Below are positions 9,865-22,986 of a stretch of DNA of 64,000 nucleotides, one piece after another. Made by a program: the position numbers and the translations under genes. Positions within the stretch are counted from its first letter, which is position 1. Every line of letters starts with the position of its first letter. The notes under the pieces were generated by a model, which was given only the letters and a program-made list of their open reading frames with translations, did no database searches and had not been told where the DNA came from. The stretch is from an uncultured Gemmatimonadaceae bacterium (lineage in GTDB: Bacteria > Gemmatimonadota > Gemmatimonadetes > Gemmatimonadales > Gemmatimonadaceae), in assembly GCA_963740355.1 (NCBI GenBank), contig CAVUDW010000001.1:119016-183015 (forward strand), written 5' to 3'.

Positions 9865-10338
9865 TCATCGTATTACTGCGGGCGCCGGTTCGGCGGTGCG
9901 TGATCGCCGCAGGACGAGGGCATCTTCGACCGGCGTACGATAGTACCCACGCCGTCGCCCGATCGGCTCGAACGCACGGCTGGCGTAGAGGCGACGCGCC
10001 GCCTCGTTGGAGACTCGAACTTCGAGCCAGACGGCTTCGCAGTCCTCTGCCTCGGCAGCCGCGACGGCGGCGTCGAGGAGGCGCCCGCCGAGTCCGGTAC
10101 CCTGGAACGCTGGATCGACCGCGATGTTGGCGATCTCGCCCTGCTTCGCGACGATGCGCGCAATGACATAGCCGGCAATCGTGCCATCCACCTCGATGAC
10201 CCGAAACCAGCTGTATGGATCCTCGAATTCCGGTGCGAACGATTCCGGCGACCAGGGATCGGAAAAGACCAACCGCTCGATCCGCAGGACGTCCGGGAGG
10301 TCAGGCCCGCGTGCAATCCGCACCGTGATTTCACTCAC
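9865..10338 (-). CDS. rimI: Ribosomal-protein-alanine N-acetyltransferase (GNAT)
   Basis: IANIAVDPAFQGTGLG, WLEVRVSNEAARRLY, RRRGYY; follows tsaB; GTG start at 10338. Confidence 0.9.
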   Translation of the reverse strand: MSEITVRIARGPDLPDVLRIERLVFSDPWSPESFAPEFEDPYSWFRVIEVDGTIAGYVIARIVAKQGEIANIAVDPAFQGTGLGGRLLDAAVAAAEAEDCEAVWLEVRVSNEAARRLYASRAFEPIGRRRGYYRTPVEDALVLRRSRTAEPAPAVIR

Positions 10339-10994
10339 GACGTCGGCAACGCCCGCGCATGCGTCGCCTCCCACACGACCTGTGCTTCTGCCAGACGGCC
10401 GTAGTCGGGCTCCCACGAGTCGCGAGGGACCGTTGTGACGCCCACACGCAGTGCCGCGAGCGCGTCTGGTTGCTGCGCGATGTCGATCGGTGGACCGACG
10501 AGCGTGGCACCGCTCGTTGCAGCGCGTTCGCGTGCCACGCTAGCGGCGATGCGCTCAACAGGTGCATCCACCGACCAACTCCCATCCAAGTGCCGCGTGG
10601 ACTGCTGGACGAACCATTCGCCGCGCAGCGCGTCGAGCACGGAGAGGTACACGCCGACGGGCGCTTCACGATTCGCCGCCGCGATGAGTGGCAATGACGA
10701 CACCGAAAACAACGAGGCGCCCGAGCCACGGGCGAGGCCCTTCCCCAGTGCCGCTGCGACGCGCAATCCGGTGAAACTTCCCGGGCCACCACCGACGATC
10801 ACGTCGGTCAGGTCGCGCGCGAGATAGCCGGCCGCTAGCAGTATCTCTGCGACCGTCGGCGCCAATAGTTCGGCCGAGCCCTGACGATCGATGCGACGCG
10901 ATTGCACGAGCTCATCGCCCACAAAAAGCGCCACCGATGCGGGACCAGCGCTGGCGTCAATGGCCAGTCTGAGCGCGACCGTCACGATGCCCAT
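10335..10994 (-). CDS. tsaB: tRNA threonylcarbamoyladenosine biosynthesis protein TsaB
   Basis: LAIDAS, GPGSFTGLRV, LDALRGE. Confidence 0.93.
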   Translation of the reverse strand: MGIVTVALRLAIDASAGPASVALFVGDELVQSRRIDRQGSAELLAPTVAEILLAAGYLARDLTDVIVGGGPGSFTGLRVAAALGKGLARGSGASLFSVSSLPLIAAANREAPVGVYLSVLDALRGEWFVQQSTRHLDGSWSVDAPVERIAASVARERAATSGATLVGPPIDIAQQPDALAALRVGVTTVPRDSWEPDYGRLAEAQVVWEATHARALPTS

Positions 10995-11428
10995 TCCTCA
11001 GCGCAGCGCCGCACATCGGGATCGTCGGCGACATGCGACAGCGTGATGGCGAGTGTTGGCGCAGGCAACAGGTTTCCGGCACGGTCCGGCCACTCGACGA
11101 GCACGATGGTGTTCGGATCGGAGAGGATGTCGTCCAGCCCAAGCGTCGCTACCTCCCGCGGCGAATCGAGTCGATAGAGGTCGCAGTGCACAACACGCAC
11201 GGTCGGCGTCGCGTACTCGTGAATCAACGCGAACGTCGGGCTGGTGACCGGTTCGGTGACGCCGAGTCCGCGGCAGATCGCTTGCGCCAGCGAGGTCTTG
11301 CCCGCTCCCAGGTCACCGATGAGGGTGACGAGTGCCGGCGCCGCGAGCGAAGCGGCGATCTCGAGGCCGCGTGCGTCGAGCTCGGCGCGCGAGACGTCGA
11401 ACACGGCGTGACGCGTCTCAGCGGCCAC
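10982..11428 (-). CDS. tsaE: tRNA threonylcarbamoyladenosine biosynthesis ATPase TsaE
   Basis: [25 protein letters not shown]. Confidence 0.94.
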   Translation of the reverse strand: MAAETRHAVFDVSRAELDARGLEIAASLAAPALVTLIGDLGAGKTSLAQAICRGLGVTEPVTSPTFALIHEYATPTVRVVHCDLYRLDSPREVATLGLDDILSDPNTIVLVEWPDRAGNLLPAPTLAITLSHVADDPDVRRCAEEWAS

Positions 11429-13548
11429 GCTGCTTCCGTCCGCCTCGCCCGCCCTTGCCACGACCACCCTTGCTGTCGGCGGCAAGCGACGACACACCGG
11501 TGCGCGCGCCTGCGGTGTCACCGGATCGCACACGCAATTCGAAGAGCTGGTCGCGCAGTCGTGCCGCCGCCTCGAAGTCGAGTTCCTTCGCGGCCACCTG
11601 CATCTCCTTCTCGAGCTGCGCAATCATCGCTGGCACATCGGCCGCATTGTAGCCGCCCGCTGGCTCAGCCACTTTCCGCTGGCCGTAGTCGGCCAGCGGC
11701 GTGCCGTCGCTCTCCTCTGCTTCTTCCATCCGCGCATCGGCAACGCGCGTGCTGAATCGCACCTGTTCGATGCTCTTGCGCACCCCCTTGGGTGTGATGC
11801 CATTGGCCAGATTGTGCGCCACCTGAATCGTCCGGCGACGATCGGTCTCATCGATGCAGCGCTGCATCGAGTCGGTGATGCGGTCGGCGTAGAGAATGGC
11901 ACGACCTTCGAGATGGCGCGCCGCGCGGCCGACGGTCTGGATCAGCGATCGATCGCTGCGCAGGAACCCTTCCGTATCGGCGTCGAGGATCGCAACCAGC
12001 GAGACCTCCGGCATGTCGAGGCCTTCGCGCAACAGGTTGATGCCGATCAGCACATCGAACTCGCCAAGCCGCAGCCCGCGCACGATTTCCATGCGTTCGA
12101 TGGCATCGATGTCGGCGTGCATGTAGCGCACGCGCACTCCGACCTGCTGCAGATAGTCGGTGAGGTCCTCGGCCATTCGCTTGGTGAGCATCGTGACCAG
12201 GACACGTTCGTCCTTCCGCTCGCGAATGCGAATCTCGTGCAGCAGGTCGTCCACCTGCCCTCGGACCGGACGAATCTCGATGATCGGATCCACGAGGCCG
12301 GTGGGTCGAATCACCTGCTCGACGACCACACCTTCACTCAGTTCGAGCTCGATCAGGCCAGGCGTGGCCGAGACGTTGATCAATCGCGGCGTGAGCGCCA
12401 GGAACTCGTCGAACACCAGCGGCCGATTGTCGAGCGCACTCGGCAGGCGGAATCCGTACTCCACCAGCGTCAGCTTGCGCGCACGGTCGCCGTTGTACAT
12501 GCCACGGATCTGCGGCAGCGTGACGTGCGACTCGTCCACCACGACGACGAAGTCGTCGGGGAAGTAGTCGAACAGGCAGGCGGGGCGGTCGCCGCTGTTG
12601 CGGCCGGAGAGATGACGGGAGTAGTTCTCGATGCCGGCGCAGGTGCCGATCTCGGGCATCATCTCGAGGTCGAAGTTCGTCCGCGATTCGAGCCGCTGCG
12701 CCTCCAGCAGCTTGCCGTCGTTGCGCAGCATCTGCAGACGATCGGCCAGCTCCTCGCGGATCGCCTTGGCGGCCTTCTCGAGCGAGGGACGGCTTGTGAT
12801 GAAGTGCTTCGCGGGATAGACGGCAGCTCGGCTGAGCGTGGCGATCAGGTCGCCCGTGATCGGATCGATCTTCGTGATCCGCTCGACCTCGTCGCCCCAG
12901 AACTCGACACGGACCGCCTGTTCCTCGTACGCGGGAAAGATCTCGACCGTGTCGCCGCGGACCCGGAAGGTGCCGCGATCGAATGCGACGTCGTTGCGCT
13001 GGTACTGAATGCCCACCAGCAGGCGCAGCAGGTCGTCGCGGGCGATCTGCTGTCCCTGGTCCACGCTGATCATTCGTTCGCGATACGAGACCGGGTCACC
13101 GAGACCGTAGATCGCCGAGACCGTGGACGACGATCACGACGTCGTCGCGCTCCATCAGCGACGAGGTCGCGCGCAGCCGCAGCCGATCGATGTCCTCGTT
13201 GATCGAGGCGTCCTTCTCGATGTAGGTGTCGCTCGAGGGGACGTACGCCTCCGGCTGGTAGTAGTCGTAGTACGAGATGAAGTACTCGACCGCGTTGTTC
13301 GGGAAGAACCCCTTCAACTCACCGTAGAGCTGCGCCGCGAGCGTCTTGTTGTGCGACAGGACCAGCGTCGGGCGGCCCCACTTCGCGATCACGTTGGCGA
13401 CGGTCATCGTCTTGCCGGAGCCCGTGACGCCGAGGAGCGTCTGGTACCGGTCCCCGCGCTCGAGCCCCGCCGACAGCTCGGCGATGGCTCGCGGCTGGTC
13501 GCCGGCCGGCTGGTACGGCGCCTGGAGGTCGAACAGCGATTCGCTCAT
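11418..13548 (-). CDS. uvrB: Excinuclease ABC subunit B (one-base frameshift near 13130, probably a sequencing error)
   Basis: GVTGSGKT and [10 protein letters not shown] in 13096..13548; DESH and QTVGRAAR in 11418..13073. Removing one base restores [16 protein letters not shown]. Confidence 0.95.
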
Positions 13549-13625
13549 GGCCCAAATCTAGACTGTCGGGATTTGTTCGGGGAGCCCTTTTTCCAGCTCA
13601 GGCGCCGATTCGAGTCCGTGAAGAG

Positions 13626-13936
13626 CAACAGCAATGAGGGGGAGGCCACGGAGCTCACGGAGTGCTCAAGTGGCCTGACCCACGCTCAGCGCGACGTTAA
13701 GTCGAATGGGAAGCAAACCCTACCAGAGAGGGCCGCCAAGCGAGATGCCGGCTAGTGGAGCACTCCGTGAGCTCCGTGGCCTCCCCTCCATTGCGGTTAC
13801 AAAGGCGCGCAAAGCCTGAAGCCGGCCCATGGCGCACTCCGTGAGCTCCGTGGCCTCCCCCCCCATTGCTGTTGAAAATGCGCGCAAAGCATGAAGATGG
13901 CCGATGGAGCACTCCGTAAGCTCCGTCGCCGCCCCC
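13626..13936. repeat. REP-like intergenic repeat cluster: 3 direct copies (74-75 bp period) and 1 inverted copy
   Basis: GAGCACTCCGTGAGCTCCGTGGCCTCCCC-like unit at 13758, 13832 and 13907; reverse complement at 13626-13667. Confidence 0.88.
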
Positions 13937-13959
13937 AGATGCCACAACGGCAGCGCCTG

Positions 13960-16149
13960 CTAGTCCTCGGTCGAAATCCGCTCCCGGCGAGCGATCTCGG
14001 AGATGCCCTTCACGCGACGGACCGCCTTCAGGATCTGCTGGAGGTGCTGCAGGTTCTCGACTTCGACCATGACGGCCCCGACCGCGCGACCGTCGATGGC
14101 CTTCAGCTCCATCTGGCGGATGTCGGTGCCGGTGGAGCTCACCGCGCTCGCGACGTCGGCGTAGAGGCCGCGTCGGTCCGTCCCTTCGAGCGCGAGGCGG
14201 ACGATGAATCGCTCGCCGAACTTCTCCTGCCAGTCGATCTCGAGTCGGCGCTCCGGTTCGTGCGCCAGCGGCAGGAGGTTCGGGCAATCGGCTCGGTGAA
14301 TGCTCACACCGCGGCCGCGGGTGACATAGCCGACCACTTCGTCACCCGGGACGGGCTGGCAACACTGGGCGTAGCGTACCATCACCCCGTCGACGCCCTG
14401 GATCTTCACCCCGCGGTCGTTGTCGGTGCCACGCACCTTGTCGACCAGCCGCTCGATGACGCTCGGCTTCGGCGGCTCAGGTGAATCATCCGCGGTCGGG
14501 AACAGTACCTTGATCACGTTCAACGTCTGGATCTCGCCCTGCCCGATCGCGGCCAGCACGTGCACTGCGTCGGTGAGGCCCAGCGACTTCGCGACACCGT
14601 TCAGCGCATCGTCGGTAACCTTGCCGAGGCGACGACGACGCAGCTCCCGCTCGAGAATCTCGCGGCCCAGTTTCTGGCTGGTGACCTGCTCTTCCTGTCG
14701 CAGGTGCTGCCGGATCTTCGCACGCGCGCGACTGGTGCGCACATGCGCCAGCCAATCGCGGCTCGGCTTGGCCGACGGCGACGTCAGGATCTCGATCGTT
14801 TCCGAATTCTTGAGCGGGCGAGAGAGCGGCGTGATGCGACCGTTGACCTTGGCGCCCTGGCAGCGCAAGCCGACTGCTGTGTGCACCGCGAACGCGAAGT
14901 CGATCGGCGTCGCGCCCTTCGGCAACTGGACCACGTCGCCGGTGGGCGTGAAGACGAAGATCTCGTCCTGGTAGAGGTCGAGCTTGAGGAACTCGAGGAA
15001 TTCATCCGGCGACTTGGTGTCGAGCTGAAACTCGAGCACCTGCCGGAACCACGCGAGGTGCCGATCGAGGTCGCCCTGCTCCTTCGAGCCCTCCTTGTAC
15101 AGCCAGTGCGCCGCGATGCCGTAGTCGGCCGTCTGGTGCATCTCGCGCGTGCGGATCTGGATCTCGAACAGCTGGCGCCCCGGCCCGAACACCGTGGTGT
15201 GCAGCGACTGGTACCCGTTCGACTTCGGTTGCGCGATGTAGTCCTTGATGCGCTCCTGCACCGGCTTCCACTTCTCGTGGATCACGCCCAGCGCGTGGTA
15301 GCAATCCGGGATCGAATCGACCAGCACGCGAATCGCGAGGAGATCGAAAATCTCCTCGTACGGCTTGTTGCGCTTCTGCATCTTCTTCCAGATCGACCAG
15401 AGGTGCTTCGGTCGTCCGGACACGTCGGCGTCGCGCAGCCCTGCCAGGTCGAAGCGCTCCTTGAGGGGCAGCGCCATCTGCGCGATCAGTTCCTCGCGCT
15501 CGCCGCGGCGGGTGCTGACCTGGCGCGCGAGCGTCCGATACTCATCCGGCTCGAGGTACTTGAAGGCAAGATCCTCGAGTTCCCATCGCACCTTCGCCAT
15601 GCCGAAGCGGTGCGCCAGCGGTGCGTAGATGTCGCGGGTCTCCTGCGCAATCAGCCGCTTCTTGTCATCCGGCATCCAGTCGAGCGTCCGCATGTTGTGC
15701 AGGCGGTCGGCGAGCTTGATGATGATCACACGGGCGTCGCGCGCCACTGAGAGCAAGAGCTTGCGGTACGTCTCGGCCTGCCGCTCTTCCTTCGAGGTGA
15801 ATGGCAGGTTGCCGATCTTCGTCAGGCCATCGACGATCTGCGCGATCTCGGGCCCGAACTCACGCTCGACATCGGGGACGGTGATCGCTGTGTCCTCGAC
15901 CACGTCATGAATCAGGCCCGCGGCAATCGTGGTCGAATCGAGCTGCAGATCGGCCAGGATGCGCGCCACCTGCACGCAGTGGACGACGTAGTCCTCACCG
16001 GAGCGGCGCTTCTGTCCCGTGTGCGCACGCGCGCTGTAGCGGTACGCGCGCAGCAGCAATTCACGATCGAGCCGCGCCGGCAGTGGACTGCCGGGGCCCC
16101 ATCCTGGAAAGACTTCGTCCGCTGCCTTCACCGTACCGTCGATAGCCAC
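13960..16149 (-). CDS. relA: Bifunctional (p)ppGpp synthetase/hydrolase (long RSH)
   Basis: HD motif HDVVED, KLADRLHN, RIKDY, YQSLHT, TGS and ACT domains. Confidence 0.96.
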   Translation of the reverse strand: MAIDGTVKAADEVFPGWGPGSPLPARLDRELLLRAYRYSARAHTGQKRRSGEDYVVHCVQVARILADLQLDSTTIAAGLIHDVVEDTAITVPDVEREFGPEIAQIVDGLTKIGNLPFTSKEERQAETYRKLLLSVARDARVIIIKLADRLHNMRTLDWMPDDKKRLIAQETRDIYAPLAHRFGMAKVRWELEDLAFKYLEPDEYRTLARQVSTRRGEREELIAQMALPLKERFDLAGLRDADVSGRPKHLWSIWKKMQKRNKPYEEIFDLLAIRVLVDSIPDCYHALGVIHEKWKPVQERIKDYIAQPKSNGYQSLHTTVFGPGRQLFEIQIRTREMHQTADYGIAAHWLYKEGSKEQGDLDRHLAWFRQVLEFQLDTKSPDEFLEFLKLDLYQDEIFVFTPTGDVVQLPKGATPIDFAFAVHTAVGLRCQGAKVNGRITPLSRPLKNSETIEILTSPSAKPSRDWLAHVRTSRARAKIRQHLRQEEQVTSQKLGREILERELRRRRLGKVTDDALNGVAKSLGLTDAVHVLAAIGQGEIQTLNVIKVLFPTADDSPEPPKPSVIERLVDKVRGTDNDRGVKIQGVDGVMVRYAQCCQPVPGDEVVGYVTRGRGVSIHRADCPNLLPLAHEPERRLEIDWQEKFGERFIVRLALEGTDRRGLYADVASAVSSTGTDIRQMELKAIDGRAVGAVMVEVENLQHLQQILKAVRRVKGISEIARRERISTED

Positions 16150-16892
16150 CCAGCCTCCGCAAAGCTCACGTACCTGCCCCGGCCGATCACGACGTGATCA
16201 CGCACCGGAATTCCCAATAACGTTCCTGCTGCGACCAACTGCGACGTCACCATCCGATCCTCAGCCGACGGCGTCGGATCGCCACTCGGGTGGTTGTGCA
16301 CCAGGATGATCGACGCCGCCCGCTCCGCGATCGCCTCACGAAACACCTCCCGCGGATGCACCAGCGACGAATCGAGAATTCCCCGAGTCACCAGCACATC
16401 CCGCTCGAGATGATGTTGCGCGTCGAGGATCGCGACATGAAACTCCTCGACCGACAACGCCTCGAGATGCGGTGCAAATGCCGCCACGACATCCTGCGGC
16501 GAGTGCACCGCCACCCGTTCACCATGCGGTTCTGCCGCCGTCCGCCGGCCCAATTCGAGCGCGGCCACAATCGCCATCGCCCGTGCAGGACCAACGCCTG
16601 TGATACCCCCAATCGTGGCAACCGGGCGGCTGGCGAGGACCCGTAACGACCCGCCGACCTGCGCCAGCACATCGTGCGCAATCGTGAGCGAAGACCGGCC
16701 TCGGTTCCCGCTGCCCAGGATCACGGCGAGCAGCTCCGCCGCGCCAAGTGACCGCACGCCAAGAGCCCGCAGCCGCTCCCGGGGACGCTCGGCTGGTGCA
16801 AGCCGCTCCATTGGTATTAGCGGAGCCGGGATGTTTGCGGTAGTCGTGACCCGTGTGGAGGGAAGGCGGCGGTGGCTGACGGCGGATGTCAT
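16128..16892 (-). CDS. radC: RadC family JAB-domain protein
   Basis: ERPRERL, VHPREVF, HNHPSGDPTPS.ED; start may be 16811 or 16892. Confidence 0.93.
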   Translation of the reverse strand: MTSAVSHRRLPSTRVTTTANIPAPLIPMERLAPAERPRERLRALGVRSLGAAELLAVILGSGNRGRSSLTIAHDVLAQVGGSLRVLASRPVATIGGITGVGPARAMAIVAALELGRRTAAEPHGERVAVHSPQDVVAAFAPHLEALSVEEFHVAILDAQHHLERDVLVTRGILDSSLVHPREVFREAIAERAASIILVHNHPSGDPTPSAEDRMVTSQLVAAGTLLGIPVRDHVVIGRGRYVSFAEAGWLSTVR

Positions 16893-17083
16893 ATCGAGGT
16901 GGGTGAGGGGTGGAGAGCACTGCAACGCCGCCACAATGCAGCCACATGCCCGAAAGTCGGGTACCGATCCGATGCATCTCGTCCCCTCGCGGTGCGAGCC
17001 CATGCGCGGGTATCGTTGGTGGCCCGCGTGCGAACGGCCCTGTTCGGCCAACGTCGCTCCCTGACTCACCCTCATGCTCCGCC

Positions 17084-18130
17084 ATGCGATTGCGACTGGC
17101 CGTGACACCGGCACTCCTGCTCGCGGTCGTCGCGGCGCCGACCCTCCGCGGTCAGGCACCGGGCTCGCTCGAGATCGGCGCCTACGGCCAGATCACTCGC
17201 GTCGACCCGAGTGAAGCCCGCTTCGAAAGCCGCGCGCCGCTGAGCCTCGGGCTGCGTGGCCGAGTGAACCTGCACCGGCAGTTTGGCGTCGAGCTCGAGG
17301 CCTCCACCGGCATGGTCGATGGCATCGGCGATCCACCGCGACGTCGCTACAACCAACTCGTGGCGCGCGGGACCTATTCCCTGCCGCTCTCCGAGTACTC
17401 GAGCCTCATGCTCGGAGCCGGCTTGTCGCGTAGCGACTACGAAGTCACGTATCACTTCGGCGCGGACGCACTGGTAGGCGTGCGCACGGTGATCAGCGGA
17501 CGCTATTCCCTGCGGTCGGACGTGATCTTCAACTATCAGCCGACCGGCGGAGCAACCGAACTCGGCCTGCGCACGGGATTGCACGCGACACTCGGTCCCT
17601 TCGATGGCCCCACATCGCGCGACCGGCGCCGCAACGCATTGACGATGGCCGAGCCCGGCAGCCTGGAAGGCGGGCTCTTCGCCCAGCAGTGGAAGCTGAA
17701 CGACGTCTGGAACCTGCGGAACGGGCCTGCGGCTGGCGCACGGGTCGGTGCATTCGTCACATCTCGTTCAGAACTCGAGGTCGAGGCGACGTATGGGCGA
17801 CAGGAGACGCGCGACGCCGGCGCCAATGGGCAGACGTACGTCCCGCTGCCCGGTGGCGCGACGTACCGTGTGACCACCTTTGCCTTTCGCTACCTCCACA
17901 ACCTCCCTCTTTCATCACGTGCGGCCGTCCTGGCCGGTATCGGGCCTGCGCGAACGTCATACGAATACGTTGACTACTGGGGTGCCTCGGCACTCGCCGG
18001 CGTACGCCTCGCCGTCACGCGCGACATCCACCTTCGCGGCGACGTGGTGGCGAACTACGGGCGCGAACCCCGCGTGTTCGACTACGGCATTCGTGTCGGT
18101 GCGAGCACCGTCCTGCGACTGGGCCGCTGA
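17084..18130 (+). CDS. Outer membrane beta-barrel protein with two tandem OmpA-like barrels
   Basis: Signal peptide; internal repeat PGSLEIGAYGQ / PGSLEGGLFAQ; alternating amphipathic strands. Confidence 0.75.
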   Translation: MRLRLAVTPALLLAVVAAPTLRGQAPGSLEIGAYGQITRVDPSEARFESRAPLSLGLRGRVNLHRQFGVELEASTGMVDGIGDPPRRRYNQLVARGTYSLPLSEYSSLMLGAGLSRSDYEVTYHFGADALVGVRTVISGRYSLRSDVIFNYQPTGGATELGLRTGLHATLGPFDGPTSRDRRRNALTMAEPGSLEGGLFAQQWKLNDVWNLRNGPAAGARVGAFVTSRSELEVEATYGRQETRDAGANGQTYVPLPGGATYRVTTFAFRYLHNLPLSSRAAVLAGIGPARTSYEYVDYWGASALAGVRLAVTRDIHLRGDVVANYGREPRVFDYGIRVGASTVLRLGR

Positions 18131-18150
18131 TCCGCTGCGGTCGAAGGCAA

Positions 18151-18184
18151 ACGGGGCGCCGCCGATTGCTCGGTGACGCCCCGC
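18151..18184. terminator. Hairpin between convergent OMP and secA genes
   Basis: CGGGGCGCCGCCG-attgct-CGGTGACGCCCCG. Confidence 0.55.
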
Positions 18185-18209
18185 TCGATTTCATGGCCTG
18201 AGATGCCGC

Positions 18210-21380
<3,171 letters not shown>

Positions 21381-21389
21381 TGCTCTCCC

Positions 21390-21962
21390 CTATCGGTACA
21401 ACGCCGACTGGCGGATCTGCTCCGCCACGGCGTCCAGGACGAATCCTCGCAGTGAGCGCCCCTCGCGTATGCGGCGGCGCACCTCGGTGGAACTCACATC
21501 CACTCGTCGCGTCGCCAGCAACAGGGCGTTGCGTCCCATTTCCGTCGGAGCAAAAGCCTCCGCACCACGGGTCAGGACGACCAACTGCACCATTCGCAGC
21601 AACTGCTCCGGTTCCTTCCATCGGGCGAGCCCGGACGCGGCATCCGTGCCCAGCAGCAGAAACAGCTCGTCGTCTGGACCAGACGCACGATAGGCCGCTG
21701 CTGTGTCAACCGTATAAGATAATCCCCCGCGACCGATTTCGACCGGATTGACCGCGAAACGTGGATCGTCGGCAACCATCGCCTCCAGCATCCTCAGACG
21801 CGCGTCCGGTGCGGCGGCGTGGCCAGAGGCCTTCAGGGGCTGGTGCTGGGCCGGGATGAAATCCAGCCGATCAAGCGACAACCCCTCGAACGCGTCGACC
21901 GCGGCCAGCCAATGGCCGATATGCGGGGGGTCGAAGCTGCCGCCAAAGAGGCCGATCCGCAC
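21390..21962 (-). CDS. nadD: Nicotinate-nucleotide adenylyltransferase
   Basis: GGSFDPPHIGH, SYTVDT, VSSTEVR. Confidence 0.95.
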   Translation of the reverse strand: MRIGLFGGSFDPPHIGHWLAAVDAFEGLSLDRLDFIPAQHQPLKASGHAAAPDARLRMLEAMVADDPRFAVNPVEIGRGGLSYTVDTAAAYRASGPDDELFLLLGTDAASGLARWKEPEQLLRMVQLVVLTRGAEAFAPTEMGRNALLLATRRVDVSSTEVRRRIREGRSLRGFVLDAVAEQIRQSALYR

Positions 21963-21968
21963 GGCCCC

Positions 21969-22880
21969 TCAGGGCTTCGCTGGCGGCGGAATCGCAGCCG
22001 GGACGGTCGTCCCAGGCGCCTTCGAGGTGTCGCGGACAGCCGCTTCCGGCGGACACAACTTTGCGACTTCGGGGTCGGAGGCGAAGCGCGCGCGCACCGC
22101 CGTGCACGCCTCAGCTGCCTCTTCCTTGTACCGGATCACGCGGTACGACTCGATCATCCGGAGGTAGGCGTCCTTCGCCTTCTTGCTCTCCGGAAAGGTG
22201 TTGACCACCGTCTTGAAGTACAGGATCGCCGGGTCGTACGCCTTGCGGCGGTAATAGTAGTATCCGGCGAGGTATTCCTTGGTCGCGAACATCTCTTCGA
22301 GGTTCGCCAGTTCGCGCTCTGCATCCTTCCGGCGCGGCGAATCGGGATACACCGCCACCAGGGTCCGGAAGGTGGCCTGCGCGGTGGTACCATACTGCGA
22401 ATCCAGCTCCGGCGAGCGCCACAGCTTCTGGTATTCGCGCGCTCCCTCGTACATCGCATCGTCGGCGAGCGAGTCTTCAGGGAAGTTTTCGGCGACCTTG
22501 TTGAACGCCTGCGCCGCGAGCAGGTGCTCGACGTTTCCGCTGCGCGCCTTGCCGAGATAGAACTGAGTCAGCGGGAGGAGCGAATCACGGGCCGGGAGAT
22601 CGGTCGCCAGCTTCTCGAACGCGAGGATCGCGTTGCCATAGTGCTTCAGGTTCAGCTCGCGCACACCAGCCGCGAAGAGCGGCCCGGTTTCACCGCCGAA
22701 CTTGTCGACCCGGAATCCGCCACCGCCACACGCCGTGAGGATGACCACCAGCGCAAACAGGCCGAGGCGGGCATGGGTGCGTCGTGCGCTCAGCACGAGC
22801 ACCTCGCGGCGACGGCCACCGAGACGCGGCAGCTGGTCAGGTGATCCACTGAGGCGGAACTGGGGGAGAGATCGAAGCAT
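21969..22880 (-). CDS. bamD: Outer membrane protein assembly lipoprotein BamD
   Basis: Lipobox ILTAC; TPR repeats; PELDSQY, YYYRRKAY; true start may be near 22796. Confidence 0.85.
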   Translation of the reverse strand: MLRSLPQFRLSGSPDQLPRLGGRRREVLVLSARRTHARLGLFALVVILTACGGGGFRVDKFGGETGPLFAAGVRELNLKHYGNAILAFEKLATDLPARDSLLPLTQFYLGKARSGNVEHLLAAQAFNKVAENFPEDSLADDAMYEGAREYQKLWRSPELDSQYGTTAQATFRTLVAVYPDSPRRKDAERELANLEEMFATKEYLAGYYYYRRKAYDPAILYFKTVVNTFPESKKAKDAYLRMIESYRVIRYKEEAAEACTAVRARFASDPEVAKLCPPEAAVRDTSKAPGTTVPAAIPPPAKP

Positions 22881-22986
22881 GGGAGCAGGAAACGCGACAA
22901 TCGCCCTGAGCGGGCGCCAACGGCGAAAGCAATCGGGACAGCAGCAGCGACTTCACGAGCTATAGACCCCGGTCGGAACGCCGGGT

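Noticed and set aside
13626..13936. CRISPR array
   Set aside because: Linkers are similar to each other, one copy is inverted, repeats are degenerate, and there are no cas genes.
13697..14287. ORFs with EATELTEC / GGGHGAHGV repeats
   Set aside because: Translations of the DNA repeat and an alternative frame of relA.
16128..16892. radC as a mobile-element marker
   Set aside because: Full-length chromosomal type, overlapping relA in a core context.
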